From an uncultured Poribacteria bacterium (lineage in GTDB: Bacteria > Poribacteria > WGA-4E > WGA-3G), in assembly GCA_951813565.1 (NCBI GenBank), contig OX638351.1, forward strand, positions 1,184,001 to 1,248,000: a stretch of 64,000 nucleotides of DNA. The letters are read 5' to 3'. This document shows, piece after piece, positions 61,708 through 64,000 of the stretch. A model generated the notes under the pieces. It was not told where the DNA came from, did not search any database, and worked only from the letters and a program-made list of their open reading frames with translations. The first letter of the stretch is position 1. Each line of letters opens with the position of its first letter. The position numbers and the translations under genes are program-made.

Positions 61708-64000
61708 ATGAAAAAATTAATCGCTGTTGCAATCGGAATATTTTTTGTTGCGGCCATTCTTGGCAATGCGGACGCACAACTTCCAGATTTTCAGATTGAT
61801 ACTAAAAGTATTATCTTTTCTAATCCTAACCCCGTTGAAGGTGAAGAGATTACAATATCGGTTGAAGTGAAAAACATTGGAGATGGAACCCCAACGATGA
61901 ACGAAGATTTAGTAGTTGAACTTTATGAGGGTGATCCAGCGACCGATCCGCTCCAAATCTTATGCAATGATGTTATTTTAGACCTAAAAGCTGGAACAAC
62001 TGGTCGTGTGACTACTCCATGGCAACCATCTTCTGGCAAAACTGAGATCTATGCTGTCGTCAACCCCACAGGTGATAAGCATATTAAAGAATTCAACAGT
62101 GCAAACAATATGGCACATGCTACTATAGTCGCCACTTCAAGGACATTCCCCCCAGTAACGCCTGAACAAATCCAAGCTTCAATAGATGGGGGTGTTGCGT
62201 GGATAGAAACACAACAAGGGAAGAGTAGTCGTATCTGTTTGCAGTGCGGCATTGAAAACCAGATGATTTTAACTTGTGTTATCTGTGGCGCGAGTCTGAA
62301 AGGTTTAGCAGAAAATTTCATTCCGGGTTCGGTCTGGAATTTTGGCGAGGACCCGATACAGGAAACATCATTGGCATTGCAGGCATTGCTTGCTGCAGGA
62401 CGTACACCGTCTGACTTATCTGTACAGAAAGGTCTTACATTCCTTCTGGAACAGGATTGGAATAACCTTGATGTGTACCAATATGCTGTACTTATTCCAG
62501 TATTAGTCGCAATACAGAACCCGAATTATCGGGACCGTGCACAATTCGCAGTAAACCAGCTCGTTAAAAAGCAACTCCCTGTCCCCGGTGATGAGTTTGA
62601 TGATCCAAGAGATGATGGCGGTTGGGGCTACGGTTACTCAGCAGACGGTGCACACATGAACATGGTTATTTATGCGCTATATGCTGCAAAACATTGGGGA
62701 CTTGAGATTCCACAGGATACATGGACACGTGCCGAAGACTGGATTCGGAGAAACCAAACCGAAACGGGTGGGTGGCTCTATAATTTAGTTGAAGGAGGGT
62801 CACTTTGGGGAATAGGTGTCTACGGTAGCATGACGGCTACAGGTTTGTGGGCACTTCGTGCCTGTGGTGTTTCTATTGATGATCCCCAGGTGCGAAAGGG
62901 TATTGACTGGATAGGAGAGTATTGGTCACTTACCCGAAATCCGGGTTCAAATTCTTGGCTCTACTACTATCTTCTTTCCCTACAGCGCTTTAGCGACATC
63001 CCGCCAAAGGTAGAAACGTTAGCGGGTCATGACTGGTACGATGAAATTGGGAACATGATGGTCACAGAACAAAAATCGGACGGTAGGTGGCAAAGTCCTG
63101 GAACGTCAACTGATTTTATGTCAACCTGCTTTTCCGTAATGTTTTTGAGCCGTGCACTTGTTGGTCCAACAGCACCAAATATTGGCGTAGTACCCCAAAG
63201 TTTGCGTTTTTCACCGCCATCGCCTCGTGTTGGGGAAGCAGTTAAGCTCAGTGCCACGCTTAGAAATAGCGGTACTCCACTTGATAAAACGCTGAATGTC
63301 AAGTTTTATGCTGACAACACAGAGATACAAACAGCAGAGGTTTTCTGGACATCCTCCCTCAATGAGTCCGTTGTTTCAGTTGACTGGGTGCCTAAAGAAG
63401 AAGGGGAAACGGAGATCTCTGTCCGCGTGGATTTTGAAGATTCAGATGAAAGTGACAATACGGAATCTGTAATGCTCGAAATCTATCCAAAATCCACTGC
63501 TGCTACGGATGTAAAACTAACAGATATCAAGAAGATATCTGAAAATGTTTATCAGTTGGGTACTGTTGTTGTTGATACGAAGAAAAAGGAAGTGACTTTT
63601 CCTGGAGAAATTAACATCGCAAGTGATGACACTGTAATTGAATTCTTAGCTTGTGGCACACGCGGTAAATCGCATGAGAGCATCCTAATTCTTGATGCAG
63701 AGCCGATTTATGTTTATACAGCACTCGGTATGTTAGACCTTAAACCCGGCATGAATCTTGAAGTTCAAGGAGATCCACGGGAACCTAAAGGGGCACATGT
63801 TGAAATTTGGGTTGAATGGAAAAGGGAGGAAAATGTTGTTTCCCGTCCCGCACGCGAGTTGGTGTGGGATGTTATAACTGGGCAACCGATGCAAAAAACA
63901 CATTGGGTTTTCACTGGTGGAAGACTTATCAATGATCAACTTACCATACAGCTTTATCATAACCTCATTGCAGTCTATCGTGACCCGGATTCGCTTCTCA
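61708..64000 (+). CDS. Secreted multidomain protein, truncated by window end: CARDB - Zn ribbon - prenyltransferase/squalene-cyclase-like toroid - CARDB - YdjY-like domain
   Basis: Hand-translated MKKLIAVAIG...; VKNIG/VVNP..E.N..NN; CLQC..CVIC; DGGWGY, NQTETGGW and QKSDGRW repeats; KSHESIL...WVFTGG; missing from the ORF track because it has no stop in the window. Confidence 0.75.
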   Translation, partial: MKKLIAVAIGIFFVAAILGNADAQLPDFQIDTKSIIFSNPNPVEGEEITISVEVKNIGDGTPTMNEDLVVELYEGDPATDPLQILCNDVILDLKAGTTGRVTTPWQPSSGKTEIYAVVNPTGDKHIKEFNSANNMAHATIVATSRTFPPVTPEQIQASIDGGVAWIETQQGKSSRICLQCGIENQMILTCVICGASLKGLAENFIPGSVWNFGEDPIQETSLALQALLAAGRTPSDLSVQKGLTFLLEQDWNNLDVYQYAVLIPVLVAIQNPNYRDRAQFAVNQLVKKQLPVPGDEFDDPRDDGGWGYGYSADGAHMNMVIYALYAAKHWGLEIPQDTWTRAEDWIRRNQTETGGWLYNLVEGGSLWGIGVYGSMTATGLWALRACGVSIDDPQVRKGIDWIGEYWSLTRNPGSNSWLYYYLLSLQRFSDIPPKVETLAGHDWYDEIGNMMVTEQKSDGRWQSPGTSTDFMSTCFSVMFLSRALVGPTAPNIGVVPQSLRFSPPSPRVGEAVKLSATLRNSGTPLDKTLNVKFYADNTEIQTAEVFWTSSLNESVVSVDWVPKEEGETEISVRVDFEDSDESDNTESVMLEIYPKSTAATDVKLTDIKKISENVYQLGTVVVDTKKKEVTFPGEINIASDDTVIEFLACGTRGKSHESILILDAEPIYVYTALGMLDLKPGMNLEVQGDPREPKGAHVEIWVEWKREENVVSRPARELVWDVITGQPMQKTHWVFTGGRLINDQLTIQLYHNLIAVYRDPDSLL

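Overview
Bacterial chromosomal window with most genes on the minus strand; the gene mix and repeat-rich intergenic regions suggest Poribacteria, which is an inference only. The left part holds envelope and housekeeping genes: MsbA-like ABC transporter, Clp1-like kinase, sppA, sugar transferase, CapD-like dehydratase, glycosyltransferase, Trm112 and secA. The centre (14.1-34.1 kb) is a hybrid CRISPR-Cas island transcribed on the minus strand: cas6-cas8-cas7-cas5-cas3 (type I-B), a ~720 bp intergenic module, cas10-[cold-shock-domain/csm2 fusion]-csm3-csm4-csm5-[CARF-RelE, Cami1-like] (type III-A), then cas4-cas1-cas2, a leader and a 48-repeat array. The right part holds Bat proteins, TIM-barrel epimerases, an ipdC-like decarboxylase, an orphan DNA methyltransferase, dtd, argF, a thrC-like gene, a CzcCBA-like metal efflux system and secreted multidomain proteins. 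The best candidate for a new system is the module between cas3 and cas10. It contains a sigma54-type promoter, an unannotated 59-aa ORF, a hairpin and a two-repeat mini-array. The single guide of this mini-array is antisense to the ORF's mRNA (27/37 matches, mismatched at every sixth position), and the target flank is complementary to the crRNA 5' tag. This reads as a type III-guided, mRNA-level, non-immune-triggering silencing (toxin-antitoxin-like) circuit. Also notable: the CSD-Csm2 fusion, and five array spacers that tile one short protein motif in diverged variants.
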